From NCBI RefSeq assembly GCF_006345805.1, contig NC_043005.1, positions 40,672,001 to 40,736,000 of the forward strand: DNA of 64,000 bases, written 5' to 3'. A program made the position numbers and the translations under genes. The notes beneath the pieces were generated by a model, which saw only the letters and a list, made by a program, of their open reading frames with translations, made no database searches and had not been told where the DNA came from. Below, one piece after another: positions 26,766-41,610 of the stretch (position 1 is the stretch's first letter; every line of letters starts with the position of its first letter). The stretch comes from Octopus sinensis (lineage: Eukaryota).

Positions 26766-28694
26766 TTGAACTAATATTACAATATTTCAATACTAGGAAC
26801 GTTTAAGTGCAATTTTGGCTTGGAGAGGGGTGGGATTAAATAATAATGGACTGTAACTTATAAAAAGAATAAGTCATGCTTAATGAAGCTATGTAGTCTT
26901 AGGCAAGGAAACTTAAAAAGTTTAATGCAGATGTTCCATGTACCACCAGTAATGAGGAGCAAGTTAGGAACCAGAATGCCATAAATGTGGTGTACAGTAG
27001 TTGTCTGAACTCTCACATTGACATAGGCTGTTAATTGATCTAAGATTACTTTATCTTGGCACCCAGTATCTACTGAGAGAGGCAAGATATATCCAAATAG
27101 CTGCAGTAGAAATGAACACACAAACAAACAAACCAATATTCCACTTGTTTACACAATGTAAAAGAATCAAAACCAGATGAGTGTTTGGATAAGAATTAAT
27201 AACTAAACCATGACATTGATAAGCATGTCATTTGAAAAATATGGTAAATAGGAAAATGGTTCATGGAAATGATACTAGAAATGTTTTATTTTTCCACACC
27301 AGAAAGATAAAAATCAGACAAAAGACACACCAATCACTGCCACTATGACCATCATCAATATCTAATGTCTGTTTTCCATACTGGTGTGGGATGAACAGCT
27401 TGACAGGAACAGGCAAGGCCAGGAGCTGCACCAGGTTCCATAGTCTGTTTTGGCTTGGTTTCTATGACTGGGTATCCTTCCTAACGCCAACCATACCACA
27501 GAGTTTACTGGTTGCTTTTTACATAGCACCAGTACCCACACTAATGCACTTTATGAGTAAATTCAGAAGAGTATACCACTAAATGGTAGCGTATGGTATT
27601 GTTGAAAATAGATAACTGCAAAGATGAAGGAATGTAACTTAAAAAGGTAAACACACAGTTAAGTTAATAATGACCAATTTAATTAAAAAGTGCATCATTT
27701 AAAATTGACAGAATGTTGTAAGATACAGAGTAACAATTTATTTGTTATCCATCTCACAAACTGTCAAGTCTATGATTGTCAGCTGGCATAAATAAGGAAA
27801 GCAGACATTGAAACTATTGAAAAAAGTTTTAACTACCTTTGTCAAATACAATTTCTTAAAAAGGTAAGAGATTAGGGGCAAACTGTAAAGTAATAAGTAC
27901 CAGATGCTGCTCCCATATGGTAAAACTGAGCCATGACTAAGATAGGGAAATTTCAGCTGTAAAGATAATTAACAAATAAATGCATTGTAAATTGGTTTGA
28001 AGAGCAAAAACTGGCAGGTAATGAAATAACTGGAAAAGAATAAAATTAAACACTGCCAATGACTTTTTTTCTTTCTTTCTAGCATAAAGTCTTCAGAATT
28101 TTAGACCTAGAGAAATGATGAGGTTGAAACAGTAATTTATGCCCCTGAAGATATTTTTCTTTGCTTTTATCCTTCACTATTTTTTTTTTTTTCGCTAGTA
28201 AAAACAAAGAAAAACAATTTTGACAACTAACACAGCTTTCTTAAAGATCAACTTCCAAATGCCAAACTTCAACCGCAACACTGCATATATTCATCCTAGC
28301 ATTGAAATATTGTATACTGGTTTAAAGAAAAGAAATGAGAAAAGTTCTAATGTAAAGATACTGGTTTATACAAATTCAATAGCAATATCCAGCCTTCTAC
28401 CCCTATGATGTAATACGCAAGTAGTTATCTACTTGTACAGATTTCAAACTTGTAACACTGACAAAACTTTTAGTTTTAGGTAACTATTTAACAAAGAAAT
28501 TGTCTTTCAGACAATTTCTTAATCTAGAAAAAGGTTATTAAATTGGGATAAAAAGAAATTGATAAAATGGACTACCTCACTATCTCACATATCATGTGTA
28601 TTAAACCTATAGTACACAGAACACTGTATGCAGTTTTAGAATTTTGCTTAGTCATATCACACAAGAACTGAACGGATATATCAATTATACATAA

Positions 28695-29075
28695 AAGAAG
28701 ATTGCTTCCCAACCACATGGTTCTGGGTTCAGTGCCACTACGTGACACCTTGAGCAAGTGTCTTCTACTATAGCCTCAGGCCAACCAAAGCCTTGTGAGT
28801 AGATCTGGTAGATGGAAACTGAAAGAAGCCAGTCACATATATACATATATGTATATATTTATGCATGTGTATCTGTGTTTGTCCCCCAACCATTGCTTGA
28901 CAACCAATGTTGGTGTGTTTATGTCTCACCAACTTAGCAATTCAGCAAAGTGACCAACAGAATAAGTACTAGGCTTAAGTAATAGTCCTGGGGTCAATTT
29001 CTTTGATTAATGAACTCGTTAAGGTGGTGCTCCAGCATGGCTGCATTTAAATGACTGAAACAAGTAAAAGAAGAA
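28695..29075 (+). mobile_element. tRNA-head SINE (family with further copies near 9055, 10890, 12260, 15040, 34208, 37775, 60880)
   Basis: Recurring motif gcttcccaaccacatggttc.gggttcagt.ccact...aagtgtcttctactatagcc...caaagccttgtgagt followed by (TA/TG)n and a conserved 3' half. Confidence 0.8.
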
Positions 29076-30435
29076 CATGCACACACAACGAATTCCAAAG
29101 TTATGTAATCACATTTTAAAGTAATACTTTGGTAATCTTATTAGGTTTTTCTTGCTTAGGTTGAAACCATTTAAAATTTCAAACAGTCCTGGTTTCCTTG
29201 ATCAGAATTCATTTGATTTCTATTTCAAAACTCAAATTGGGGTAACCACCTATTCAATAAATGACTTGAAAAATGTGGTGTTACATAATCATTCATTTTT
29301 GCACATGTTATCAAGGAACAAAAAAAAATTTGATGTTTCCTGTGATTTTGTTGTTTTCCATGATAAAACAAATTGTTCTTGTAAAAATAAATAACATCAC
29401 TAAATTATTCTTTGATTGATTTTATATACTCTATATAAGCCAAAAGCTATGGACAAATGAGTTGGTACTACATAATCAATTTTAACTTTGTTATGTAGTC
29501 ACTATTCTGAAACTGCACCAAAAATGTACTGACAGATATAAGTGAAAAAAAAAAAGAAAAAGAAAAAAAATCTTTTTCTGTTTGATTCATGTCTAGAAGT
29601 TTCAATAAAAGAACAAAGGAATTTTACATACTTATAAGTTAAAATAAACCTTCATTGAAATAAGTGCTTTATACAGAAATGCCAGTCCTAGAGAAAGTGG
29701 TTTTACTGTTATATAATCACATGATATACATGATTTATTAGAAAGAAGTGTAGAGAATAATGGGGAAATGCTTCAGATTGTTTTTGAAAAAATTGATGTA
29801 TGCTCCTTCAAGTCTACCAAATGCTGATACCCTGAACTTTTGCCTAATAAACTGCCATTAATTTCAAATTTTCCCAAATTCTCTTTTTGATTTTTAAATC
29901 TTAGAAGGGCCTCCGTCAAAGAATTCTATAGAATGCCCTAAAATAACTTTTTGAAAGTAATTTCACATTTCTTAAGTTAAAAGAAAATGTCATCAGAATT
30001 AGCTTCATGGAAAATACTGATTTTGCTGCTAAGGTTGATGATCTTATGGAATTTATGACACACATACATACATATATATACACCCAGCTTTGAGTAAATA
30101 ACCTCACTGCCTTAAAAAGAAAAAAGGCAAAGGAGTAAACCTTATAATAAATTTGAAGTGGAACCCCTAAAGCATTCAACCTGATACTATTCCAGCAACT
30201 CCAAAGCCAAACCTAGGTCTGCAATCCCTTGGGCAACATCAGCTAGGAGGGGCATTCTGGCACCCAGACTACCTAGTGTCTCCCTAATACCATCTCAGGC
30301 TTGAACTATGGAGAGATCATTTCAGTGTCTGGCCAGTTGCACAAACTCCACTGTCAATCAAGACAGATGAATGACAAAGCCTCAAAATTACAAGAACATG
30401 CAAGAAAACAGCCATATACACTTATGTTGAACACA

Positions 30436-31021
30436 CCCTTAGGCATTCAGATTACTCTGTCAAATGGAATGCTTTTTTATTCAAATTGTTTTGAATTGGG
30501 TAAAAGTGTAAAGACCGACTTTAATCATGAATGCCCATGATATTGCACCTAGAAAGTTACCCACCAAGGCACAAGTCTGGATAAGATTGTTTATGGAAGG
30601 CCAACAGTCACCCTGCATACCAGCCCCCACCCCTCTCCAAGCCACTGATAATATCCAAGGGAAAAGGATAGACCAATACAGTTTGGCATCAGTGACGTTG
30701 CAACTCATTTCTACAGCTGAGTCAACTGGAGTAACATGAAAATAAAGCTACTTGCTCAAGAGCACAACACACAGCCTGGTCCCAAAAGTGAGCTCACTAC
30801 CTCATGATTGTGAGCCAGATGCTCTAACCACTGAGTTATGTGCCTTCACTGTTTTGAATTAATCATGCACTTTACACTATCTTGTAGCTTTGAGGTTTTA
30901 ATGATGTGATTATTTTTCAAGTGTCAGTGTAGTTCAGGTGTGAGAGGTTTGATATGGCCAGTTTGAATGTACAACATGTAGAATATTTGGGATGGATATG
31001 GCTAGTTTAAATCTTAGAGGG
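30436..31021 (+). mobile_element. piggyBac MITE family A with a nested minus-strand SINE (30498-30849)
   Basis: The two MITE halves flank a SINE bounded by the 11-bp TSD tgttttgaatt (30487-30497 and 30850-30860). Confidence 0.85.
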
Positions 31022-34000
31022 TTAAACATGGGTTAAGAAAAAACTGTGAGTGCGTGTGTGTATGTGCAGATGATAATCTGTGGCTGTAAAGGAGTTATCC
31101 AAAGACAAACTTCAGCTGATGATCTAAATGAAATGAAAACAAAAACAACCCCTAACAACCCTCTAAAGTGGATTGACCTCGACTTCTGTTTAAATAATGT
31201 GACTATTTTGTTCTTGACGAGTGCAATGATTGAGAATTCAAGTTCCAAATTCTGTCACTAACATCTCCAAGATACCACAATTCAAATAACATTTCTAACT
31301 TTCACACTTGACATTTCAAACTTCTCTCACATCAAGTAAAAACTGTGAACGGTAGTGTTCAAGTTATCAACAAACAAGAAAAGCCAAAGTGCCACAAACT
31401 ATACAATGACAGCTTGCCAAATGTTATTCAGCACTACACCTCAAGTTAAATTCAGTAAGGCACCAGTTTGGCCAGCTTGCTTCCTTTTCTGATAGTGTTG
31501 CTGTTTCTAATGTAACAAATAACGAGGACCCGAAATGGATGCTCCAATTTTGTATATAAAGCAGAAATTGAGTGCACAAGTAGAAATTAAAATTTTACAT
31601 TGTTATTTCAAGGATTTGAAATGAAGTCACACTGAAATCACTGGAATATTTTTTGTCTTTTTTTATTTTTGTTGTTGATGCCTAGCATTAGGTCAATCCT
31701 GATTGAGAAAACTTATGATCAAAAAGCCTGGTGCCATGTAAAAAGCACTGCACCTGAGGTTATGTAAAAAGTAGTCAGCACACTCTGGCATTAGGAAGAC
31801 TATCCAGTTGTAGAAACACTGCCAAAACAAAGAGCCATGTGTGGCCCTGGTCTTGCTAGCTTCTGTCAAGCTGTCCAACCCATGCCAGCATGGAAAACAA
31901 ACATTAAATGATGATGATTCTAAACATACAGACAGTGTACCTCAGATGATATTGTCCACTGTCTTAAAGTCAGTAGCACATGGTTTGCAAGAGATGTGGT
32001 AGTTATTTCTAGCAGATCTAGCAACCAAAGAAGGGCTTTTCCATTCGCTTGTTTTATGTGAGATCCTTTCGTTAAAATTTTCCAAACACCGACTTAATGG
32101 AGAAAGTTATTTTACTAAATCCTTCCAAATTCTTGATTATATTTGAATTTAATGGAAACATAAGCTGTGAATTCCAGAAAACATGCCATTGTTCCTCTTA
32201 TTGTTATTGCTGACTGTAAGAGCATTCAACTAAGAGTCTCAATTTGAACATGTAATCTGTTCAAATACAAATTGATAATTCCAAGATTCAATGATATCAT
32301 TCCTGAAAACTTAGTCATACATTCTTTTCTGCTATTGTTATTTCATTGACACTAGCAAGATTTTTGACAGCTTGAATCAACCAGCTCCAACTATCTGTCT
32401 AAATGTCTTTCTATATCTTCCTGCATATACATGTGATATCTATCAAACCATCTCCTATCGACCTGTCAAGTTCCATGTCATTGCCCATGTATTCCATTCA
32501 ATGCCATAAAAAGGGGATAACATATAAGTGTAAAGAAAGGGAGAAAGGAGTTGCAGTGATAGTTTGGTGGCAGTTATGGCTAGGGTTGGCTGTACTCCTC
32601 TATAGTCTATGAAATTCCTTCTTTTCAAAAACTTTTTTTGCAGCAAATTAACAGCTAAACAACAGCACAAATAGCAATGTTCATATCAGCAACAACAGAT
32701 ACATTGCTCGCATTACACACACACACACACACATTATTTACATAGAAAAAAAAAGCAAAGATACACAAGTAAATTTGGAAATAACCCTAAAATTCTGCTT
32801 CCTTTCTCAAACCACACCTCAACTTCATTCTTACAATGAAGAATCTGTCTAGAAACAAATACGACAATCTACAGTTCACCCTATTTTCTCTTCCGCAATA
32901 TCATTTTCTGTTTTTACCAATATATTCAGGGTAGATTGTTGACCTTATTACAGAAATATAAATCACAGTCACTGTACTTACTTTGTTAATCTATTCACCT
33001 GGATATCTTGCTCCATAAAAATCCCAGAAATTCAATTGGTTTAAAAGAGTAGTGGGGGAAATTAGAAAAACATATGTCAGTAGCTAGCTGTTCCAAAAGA
33101 TTAGAGGGTGATAAGGAATATCACCAGAACCACTTCTCAAATTAACAGGGATTTATTTTTATTCTTCCTTATTTTCATTTCTCACTCCCTTCCTTCAGTT
33201 GTTGCTTTCTTTATTCCTTCTTTCTCTCACCCAGCATACTCCCAATGTCAAAATACTTTCCATACACTTTTCATAGAAAGAGTACCTGACCTTTTAAAAA
33301 TATTTTTATTAATTAAAAGTGAAAATTTGAAGGTGTTTTATCTTTTATACAAACCCTTAGAGGAAGTTACATGTATAAAAATCACTGCCAACACCATGCC
33401 CACTACTATTTTAATGTCCCTTTTTTCAGATAACATAACTGTTGGATGTGTAATGTCGATGAATGTAATACTATAGCATAAATGAGCTGAGAGAGAAGCT
33501 GGATATAAGAGGAATTAAGTGTAGTGTGCAAGAAAGAAAACTGCACTGATATGCATGCGATGCATATGGATATCAGGTATATAATCAAATACTGAGATTA
33601 TGAAATGTAGAGAATCTGTGGAAAAGTGAGTCAAGGGACAAGTGGTGTAAACCAAATTTGAACCTGATGAAAAATGACAACGGACCACAATGAAGGTAAC
33701 ACATGGTACTAGAGATCTTCTTACTGGTGCCATTTAAAGTATCTGTGGTGGTGGAGATTATAATGTATAATATCTCATTAAACCTGCCTATTCACTGTCC
33801 AACCTATTGCCCTCTAAACTGTGCCATTTATATAACTAAAGTGGACAGTTGATCAATTTGTTTCCAATACGTCCAGCAACATATTACCATTCAACTAGTC
33901 TCCCACCATCATCCTTCTATAACTGCCTCTCTTACATCACAATACCTGTATAACTAAGGATGGCATTAAAAGCATCTATATTCAGAACCCCTATTGTTAG

Positions 34001-35486
34001 CCTTTGCCACTAACCATCATTCCCTCTTCCCTCATTTCTAGTTGATATCAACTATTCACACTTACCATCACCAATTTGTTATCCATCATCCCTTTAAAGA
34101 AGAAATGTCATTATTGCTATCCCCTCATGCTGCTCCTGTTTTCTATTTTAAACTTCTACCAACATCTATCATCAATCACTCTCTCTTCCAATTCTTCCTC
34201 TCCTACCAGGTGTGGCTGTGTGGTAAGAAGTGTGCTTCCCAACCACATGATTGTAGGTTCAGTCCCACTGAATGGCACCTTGGGCAAGTGTCTTCTACTA
34301 TAGCTTCAGGCCGACCAAAGCCTTGTTGAGTGGATTTAGTAGATGGAAACTAGCCAGTTGTGTGTGGGTGGGTGAGATAGAGAGTATGTTTTGTGTGTAT
34401 ATATATATATCTCATCATCATTTAACGTCTGCTTTCCATGTTAGCATGAGTTGGATGGTTTGAGATGGAGTTGGCCACCTGGGAGAAGTCCAAACTCCAA
34501 TTATCTCTTGTGACATGGTTTCTACATCTGGATGCCCTTTCTAATATGAACCACTTAACAGAGTGTGCTGGGTGCTTTTCATGTGCCACCAGCATGGGTG
34601 CTTTTAATGTGACACTGAGACCAGAAAGGGCAAGTCTGTATGTGTGAAATACTGCAATTTTACTTAAGTTGATGCATCTTATCAAGTACAGCAAATTGGG
34701 ATATACATATATGTATATCGGACGCTAAACGATGATGATGATGATGATAAATACATACACCTGCATGTATGTGCGAGTCTGTGTCAGTTTGTCTACTGCT
34801 GCTACCACCACCACCACCACCACTTGACAACCAATGCTGGTGTGTTTAATGTCCCCATAACTTAGCAGTTTGGCAAAAGACACTGACAGAAAAAGTACCA
34901 GGCTTAAAAAGCAAAAACAAAGAACAAACAAAAAATGCACTGGGTGTGATGCATTTGACTTAAAGTTCTTGAATGTGTTGCCCCAGCATGGCCACACTAA
35001 TGGCTGAAACAAGTAAAAGAGAAAAGATCCTATTGTTCAGTTTTGTCTGTCACTCTTACTATATGTCTTTTATCCACACTCTCAGTCTTCTTCTAACCAT
35101 TTCTATTCTGCAGCAATTTAATTATCACTTATCTTCCTCATTAGGCCCTTTACCTCAAAACTCGTGATCACCTTCTCTACTGCTGCATCAATTATTTGAG
35201 AATAATTGCCCCTGCAGTATGATTTACTAAACAAATAACCTGTATGGTATCAATCCAGTTGATATCTTCAGTATCCCAGTAATTAACCCAGAAAGAGACT
35301 GAGCATCATTGCTCTTACTTTTTTTTTTTTTTTTTTACTTTATTTTCAGTCTCATTTTCACATTATATTCACTTTTTCTGTTCACCACTGTGCAGTATCT
35401 CTCCATTTCATTCACAATTTTCAGCAACTTTGAATGCATCTATGTTATTTTAGAAACCCTTCTTCCAAAAACACTGAATGAGCTAA

Positions 35487-35518
<32 letters not shown>

Positions 35519-35817
35519 CTATGGTTTCATAAGCTAAAGCATTGAAGTTCCTAATAGGCATTCACAGGGGATGTATATACATCCCTGTGAGTGCCTATTG
35601 GAAACAGCATATACATAAACACTTAAATAATTTAAAGTGTCAGTCATGACTAGCACCAGTCTAACTATAATTGGAATTATTTTCATATTGTGTGGTGAAT
35701 ACTTGCATTACGTACATTAAAAGAATTTTTAATTTTTTGATTGGTCTGAAGGAAAGGGACTGGGTGCCCATGGTCTTTGCAATCTGTCTGAAATTGTGAG
35801 AAGACACAGTTAAATAA

Positions 35818-36037
35818 CTCTTTAGGATTTAAACTGGCTATATCAGGCCCAAATATTCTACCTTGTTTTATGTTCAAACTGACCAGATCAGGCCTCTCAC
35901 ACCTACCCTACAATGTCATTCTAAAAAAAAATCACATCACTGAAATATCAAAGCTATAAGATTAAGTGTGATAATTCTTTTTTTAAATGTTAATAAATAA
36001 GCATTACATTTGATATAGAAATTTGAATGCTAAAGAG
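35818..36037 (-). mobile_element. piggyBac MITE family A
   Basis: Reverse-orientation copy of the family core ending in TTAA. Confidence 0.8.
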
Positions 36038-37739
36038 TTAATGTGCATATATGGAACAATTGCAAGTCAAGTGCTTAAGAAAAAAACAAACAAACAGGAG
36101 AGTGGGAAAGACTGAATAGTGGTTAGCATGATGCTTGAAGAAAGTGGAGACAATATTAGAGGCTAGACAAGTGATTTAGTTGTGTTAGACAAGAGGTATA
36201 GCATGAGGTCAGCCAACCCTAGAGCAGAACCCATTTTTTCCCTGAGATATTAAAGACAAACCAAATCAACCTACCTAATTAAAGATTCAACATGGAAAAT
36301 GAAGAGTAAATAAGAAAAACAGAAAACTATTTTAGTAGAGATAACATATAAAGATATGATGAACCATTTAGCCTACTTCCTTCCTTATCACTACAAATCT
36401 CAAAGAATATCCTAAAAACAACAATGTTACATAATCTGACATTCATCACTGCTCTGAAAACCTATAATACATACTTCTCAGACTTTGTTTTGAAAACTTC
36501 AAGGTTGAAAGTTATGTTCTCATCATTCATCTCGTCATAAAATGCAAGTCACATGCACACAGTAACACTGCATTTTTTTTATTTGAATGCGCAAAGCCAA
36601 CATATTCCAACTGCAGGGCATGATGGCAATAGATGAAATGCATAAATAATCAAACTGCTGGATCTAATCACGTCAGAACATTCTCGTAACACCATGGAGC
36701 AATATCGTTGTTTCTAAGGACTTTCAAACTACATACACAGACATATTAAATTCAACTTCATATCCGACCACCCACACACACAACACGCCTCAAATCAGCA
36801 TGGAGCATACTCAAGAAAATAATGAGAAACAAGTCACAATTGAGATTCAGAAACTGACAAATGATCATTAGCTTTATGTTAATGAACTTAATTTCACATT
36901 AAGGGACCGAGAAGGTTCAGCTATTTTTTAACCTTCTATTTCTCTTTCTGATTATTTGTGTGTGAGTGTATGTGTAACCCCTTCTTTGGTCTCCAAACTT
37001 ACAACAGAAAGGGGGAAGAGGGAAGAGGAGAGAAGGGGGGGGAGAAGGAAGCAAGAACAGTAAGACAGAGGGAGGAACAGGCATACAAGACTATCATAAT
37101 ACACACAATCCTCATGTTATGTGGTGGTGGTGGTGGTGGAGGTGAGGAAAGTGAGATTGCCTACATTGCTCTGAGATAGTAAAAGTTAGATACATATTAA
37201 CATAGGATTTCTTATCGCAACTTATCTGAGAAAAAAAAAACCCCAAAAGTCTAATTCTTCTATCTTTGTTATATAAAAAAAAATTTCAAAAAAAAGGATG
37301 GAATACACATCTTTAAGTGCAACCCTCCCTTAAATATGTTCCCTCCTTCAGTAGATCTTATAAGATGAGTAATACTAGCATTATAATAATCCAGCAGCAA
37401 GGCCCCTACCAGACATGTTTGATAACAAAAGGACCAGGAAAGGAATGAGGTAGCAGACAAATTATAAATAGAGACAACCAGACCCACTCCGTTAGGAAAC
37501 AAACAACAAATAAAAGAATTATTAGAAAACAGATCTGGTAATTCTTATCAGTGTTTGTTGGCATCATCATGACAAATCACAATGCCAGAGAAATGAAAGT
37601 TACCACAGAATTCTATTTTTAATGACAAAAGCAGTAAAATGTTGAGAAAGTAGTGAAGCAAACTAATCTGTGATGCCCTTACTCTCGTGTTCTTTTTCAC
37701 CATATAATAACAAGTAGAGGCTCACAGACATACAAACAA

Positions 37740-37774
<35 letters not shown>

Positions 37775-38849
37775 TATATGATGGGCATCTTTCAGTTTTC
37801 ATTTACTTACTAAATCCACTAACAAAGATTTGTTTGGTCAGCTTGAGGCCATAGCAGAAGACACACACCCAAAGTATTATGCAGAGATACAATGGAACTG
37901 AATTTGAAACCATGTTATAGCTGGGAAGCAAATTTCTTACCACACAGCCCAGCTTGCACCCTGTGTCTGTCAAGCAATCTACCTATCTATGGAGAGTGAG
38001 AGATTTCTAAGATTAGTACCAAACTTTTACAAGTTTAGAATCAATAAGAACTCTTTAAAGCAATATACCCAAAGATGGCTGTAGTGAGTGTGTGAAACAA
38101 AAAAGAGATTTGTTTATATACATGTATGCCATCATCATCATTTAATGGCCTCCTCCCAGGCTGGACGGTTTGATAGGAGCTGGCAAGTCAGAAGATTGCA
38201 CTAAGCTCTACAATCTGTTTTCGCATGGTTTCTATGTCTGGATATCCTTCCTAATGCCATCCACTTCACAAAGTGTACTGGGTGTTTTTTATGTAGCACC
38301 AGTAGCAGTGAGGTCACCAAGTAACTCGCAAGACAAGAACTCCTCAACTGGGGAGGAGTAGTATTGAGGGAGTTGGCTTAGTGCCAGTTGATGAGAAATT
38401 AGGATATGCATAGAGGGTCAGAAATTGGTGTTTTGCAGTAGAAATATAGAAATACATGGCTACCTCAGTTGGGGAGAAAGAGAGATGGTGAAGATACACC
38501 TAAATTACAAGGCATTATAAGGGGAACAGGGATTGGATTGGGTGGGTGAAATTGCAAAAGGGGTGGAAGATGGTAGAGAGGAGAGGTACATAGAGAGAGG
38601 GCCACTAGGAGGGTATGTTGTGGGGAAGAGATTTTATAGGGACATATTGTGTGCAGGTAGCTTCTCAAAGGCAAGTGGAAGATAGGGGGAGGAGTGAACA
38701 CAGGTATGGCGAATTCAGGTCTGTGTAGGGGGAGGAGAGAATATTGAGAATGTGAAACTTGGGGAAGAGTTATCTCAAGGACAGAATGTGTGGGGGCATG
38801 GACATAAATGATATGCCTTTATGGACTCGATTTTACTTAGCTGGACAGA

Positions 38850-39605
38850 TCTTCTCAAGCACAGCAAATCGCTAATTGTCTTTGTCATCTCCTCTGTGAA
38901 GCTCAACAACTAAAGATTGATCATCTCTCAACACTTTGTCCCACATCTTCCTAGGTCTTCCACTTTTACAGGTACCCCTCCACATTTAGAGATCAATACT
39001 TCTCTATACAGCTGCCTTCATCTATACACATCATATGACCCAATTTTTCTCTCAAAACACTTTTGTCATACATGAACACTGACATTGCTCATCCAGCAGA
39101 AGATGGTGAATTCATTTCTTTCACGCCTTCACAACCCATGTTTTACTGCTTTGGTTGTTCATACACAGACATCATAAATCTGCCTTTCACTCCGAGGGAA
39201 AGGTCATTTGTTACCAACAAAGATAATAGCTCACTGAACAATGCCTAGCTGGTTCTTATTCTAGCAACCATGCTTTCAGAGCATTCTCTTCCACTGCTAA
39301 TTTGGTTGACTAGGTAACAAAAACTATACACTAACTCTAAGGATGACCCTGGGCATTTTGAGAATATATATTTCTTAGGTGTTCTTAGTGTTTATTATTC
39401 CCGCACTTCTGCCACACATCTCTCACGAGTCCATAGTTTGCACTAAGAACACTGCATGGAATTTGTACTTACAACTTTACATACAGAGCAGAGCCATTTT
39501 ACTGAAGTAGTTACCAATTTGTCTGTTTTTCTGCTTACTAGTACTTCGGTCTTTGCAAAATTAATTCTGAGGCCCTTTGATTCCAGTCCTCTTCCACACC
39601 TGTAA
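38850..39605 (-). mobile_element. RTE-type LINE 3' fragment, decayed
   Basis: The minus strand encodes LESKGLRINFAKTEVLVS (RT thumb), a FCYLV block and downstream C-terminal remnants. Appears to be the same family as 12990-13620. Confidence 0.7.
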
Positions 39606-40589
39606 TTTCTTTATGCATTATTATGTATACATGTGACTCCCCCAACCTCCACCACCAAATCTATCAACCTCACTAAGTCCAACAATAGAGATTGTAATTA
39701 GTAATAATTATGAGAACAAAACAGAACCTCATCAATAAGATAAAACTTAACATGGAATCAGAGTTAATATTAATTTAGTTTAATGCTTTCTCAAGTGTCA
39801 TTTCAGCAATCTGTGAAACATTATATAATTTATCAAAGACATATTTAGTGTCACATTTATGAGGTGTGTGTGGTATGTTATGAAGTGTAATGTATGTGTA
39901 AGGTAGGTGGAAGTGTATTTAATAGGGAGGTGATAAATGAGTATGTGTTGGTATAAAGTGGAATAGTGTGTGTGTATGTGTGAGTGGGTGGGTGTATACA
40001 TGTGCAAAGTTTGCAAATATGCTTGTGTGCCAGTGTGTGTGTTTAGCTTCAATCTATAAATGTATATGCGTCTATGTGGGTGTGTTTTCCTGATATGCAT
40101 CACCCTTCAGGCTCATCATCTAAAAGACCAGGGAAATGAAAGACCTTACCAAGAAGGGAGGGTTGGTGACAAGAATGGCACCCAAATCTTATCGAATCAT
40201 GCCAGCATGATAAAGTATTGGAGAATGTAGTGGATTAAAATATCTACAACCTATGTTTATGCATGTTTGAGTGAAAAAGGAATTAAGTGTGTGAGCAAGG
40301 ATGTGTGTGTGTGTGTGTGTGATAGTTGAGAATAAATGTGTGATGGTAGTTCTATTGTGTATGGGAGGGTAACTGGTAAAGTACATGTCAGCTGGGTAGA
40401 AAAGGGATGGGTGAAAAGAGCAAGTACTAAGAATGTGTTACCAGTTATCATCATTCAGCATCGTTTTCCATGCTACCATGGTTAAGATGGTTTGACTAGA
40501 GCTGGTAAGCTGCACTGGGCTCCATTCTGTTTTGCCTTGGTATCTATTGCTGGATGCCCTAATGCCAACTACTCCACAGAGTGTACTGG

Positions 40590-40720
40590 ATGTGCTTTAC
40601 ACGTCACCGGCATGGATGCGCTTTACGCGTCACTAGCACAGATGCGCTTTATGCGTCACCGGCACAGGCACGTTTTATGGGTCACTGGCATGGATGCATT
40701 TTACATGTCACTAGCATTGG
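40590..40720 (+). repeat. Minisatellite of about 26 bp, about 5 copies, in a SINE-like tail
   Basis: Units such as gcgctttacgcgtcactagcacagat repeated with variation. Confidence 0.75.
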
Positions 40721-41406
40721 AGCCTTTTACCACTGAGTTTATTAATTCAGTTGATGTTTAATTTGAACTGTTTTATACAATTTAATATTATAACAGATGA
40801 GTTGGACACATATTCTGGAGAGATTAATTCTAATTTAATTAATGCCTAAATACATACACTATTCAGCCAAAGATGATGCTTTTGGCTAATATTGAAATGA
40901 AGAGGTTTCAAAACCTTCACACATCCTGATAGTGGTTCTAAAGTTTTATAAAGTGAAAAAATGTTTGATTTAACACAACAATATAAAAATCCTAAATAGA
41001 TAAAGATAGAAATATCGTTGGTTTTTATCAAAAAGGACATTTGGAAATGTCTATAAAGCTTATGTTATAACAGATGTTGCTTTGGAAAGTTTTCAGCAGT
41101 TCCAACAGTGAAAGTATTCAAGAAATTAAAATAAAAAGGAAAAGATTTGAGCCGCTAATAGCTTAAAACATGTATTAAGTCTTGTACTACAGAAACAAGT
41201 CAAACAAGTCCAGATAAATACATTTCAGATGTAATGGGATTGATATTCATAAAAAGTTTCAGATTAGTGAGATTGTCATGTAACTTGCAAGATTATAAAC
41301 TCCAAGGGAGCAACTTTATGCAAGCTGGAGGTAAAAGTATGGAGAGAAGGGGCCAAAGCAGAACAGGCTCATTGCTTAGCTAGGGCTTATTTTTAGGCAG
41401 AAAGTT

Positions 41407-41610
41407 AGAGAGAGAGAGTGTGAGAGAGAGAGTGTGTGAGAGAGAGAGAGAGCAAGAGCGAGACGGAGAGAGAGAGAGAGAGCGAGCGAGATGGAGAGAG
41501 ATAGAGAGACAGAGAGAGCAAGAGAGAAGTGGAGAGATGGAGAGGTGGACAGGCAGAGGGAGAGAGAGAGAGAGAGAGAGAGATAGTGAGACAGAGACTG
41601 ACAGACAGAT
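41407..41610. repeat. (GA)n-rich microsatellite
   Basis: Long imperfect GA repeat. Confidence 0.95.

Noticed and set aside
33480-33740. Possible Penelope GIY-YIG remnant (SNLVY..C), also the pyrimidine-rich region at 1-500
   Set aside because: Too degenerate to support from the sequence alone.
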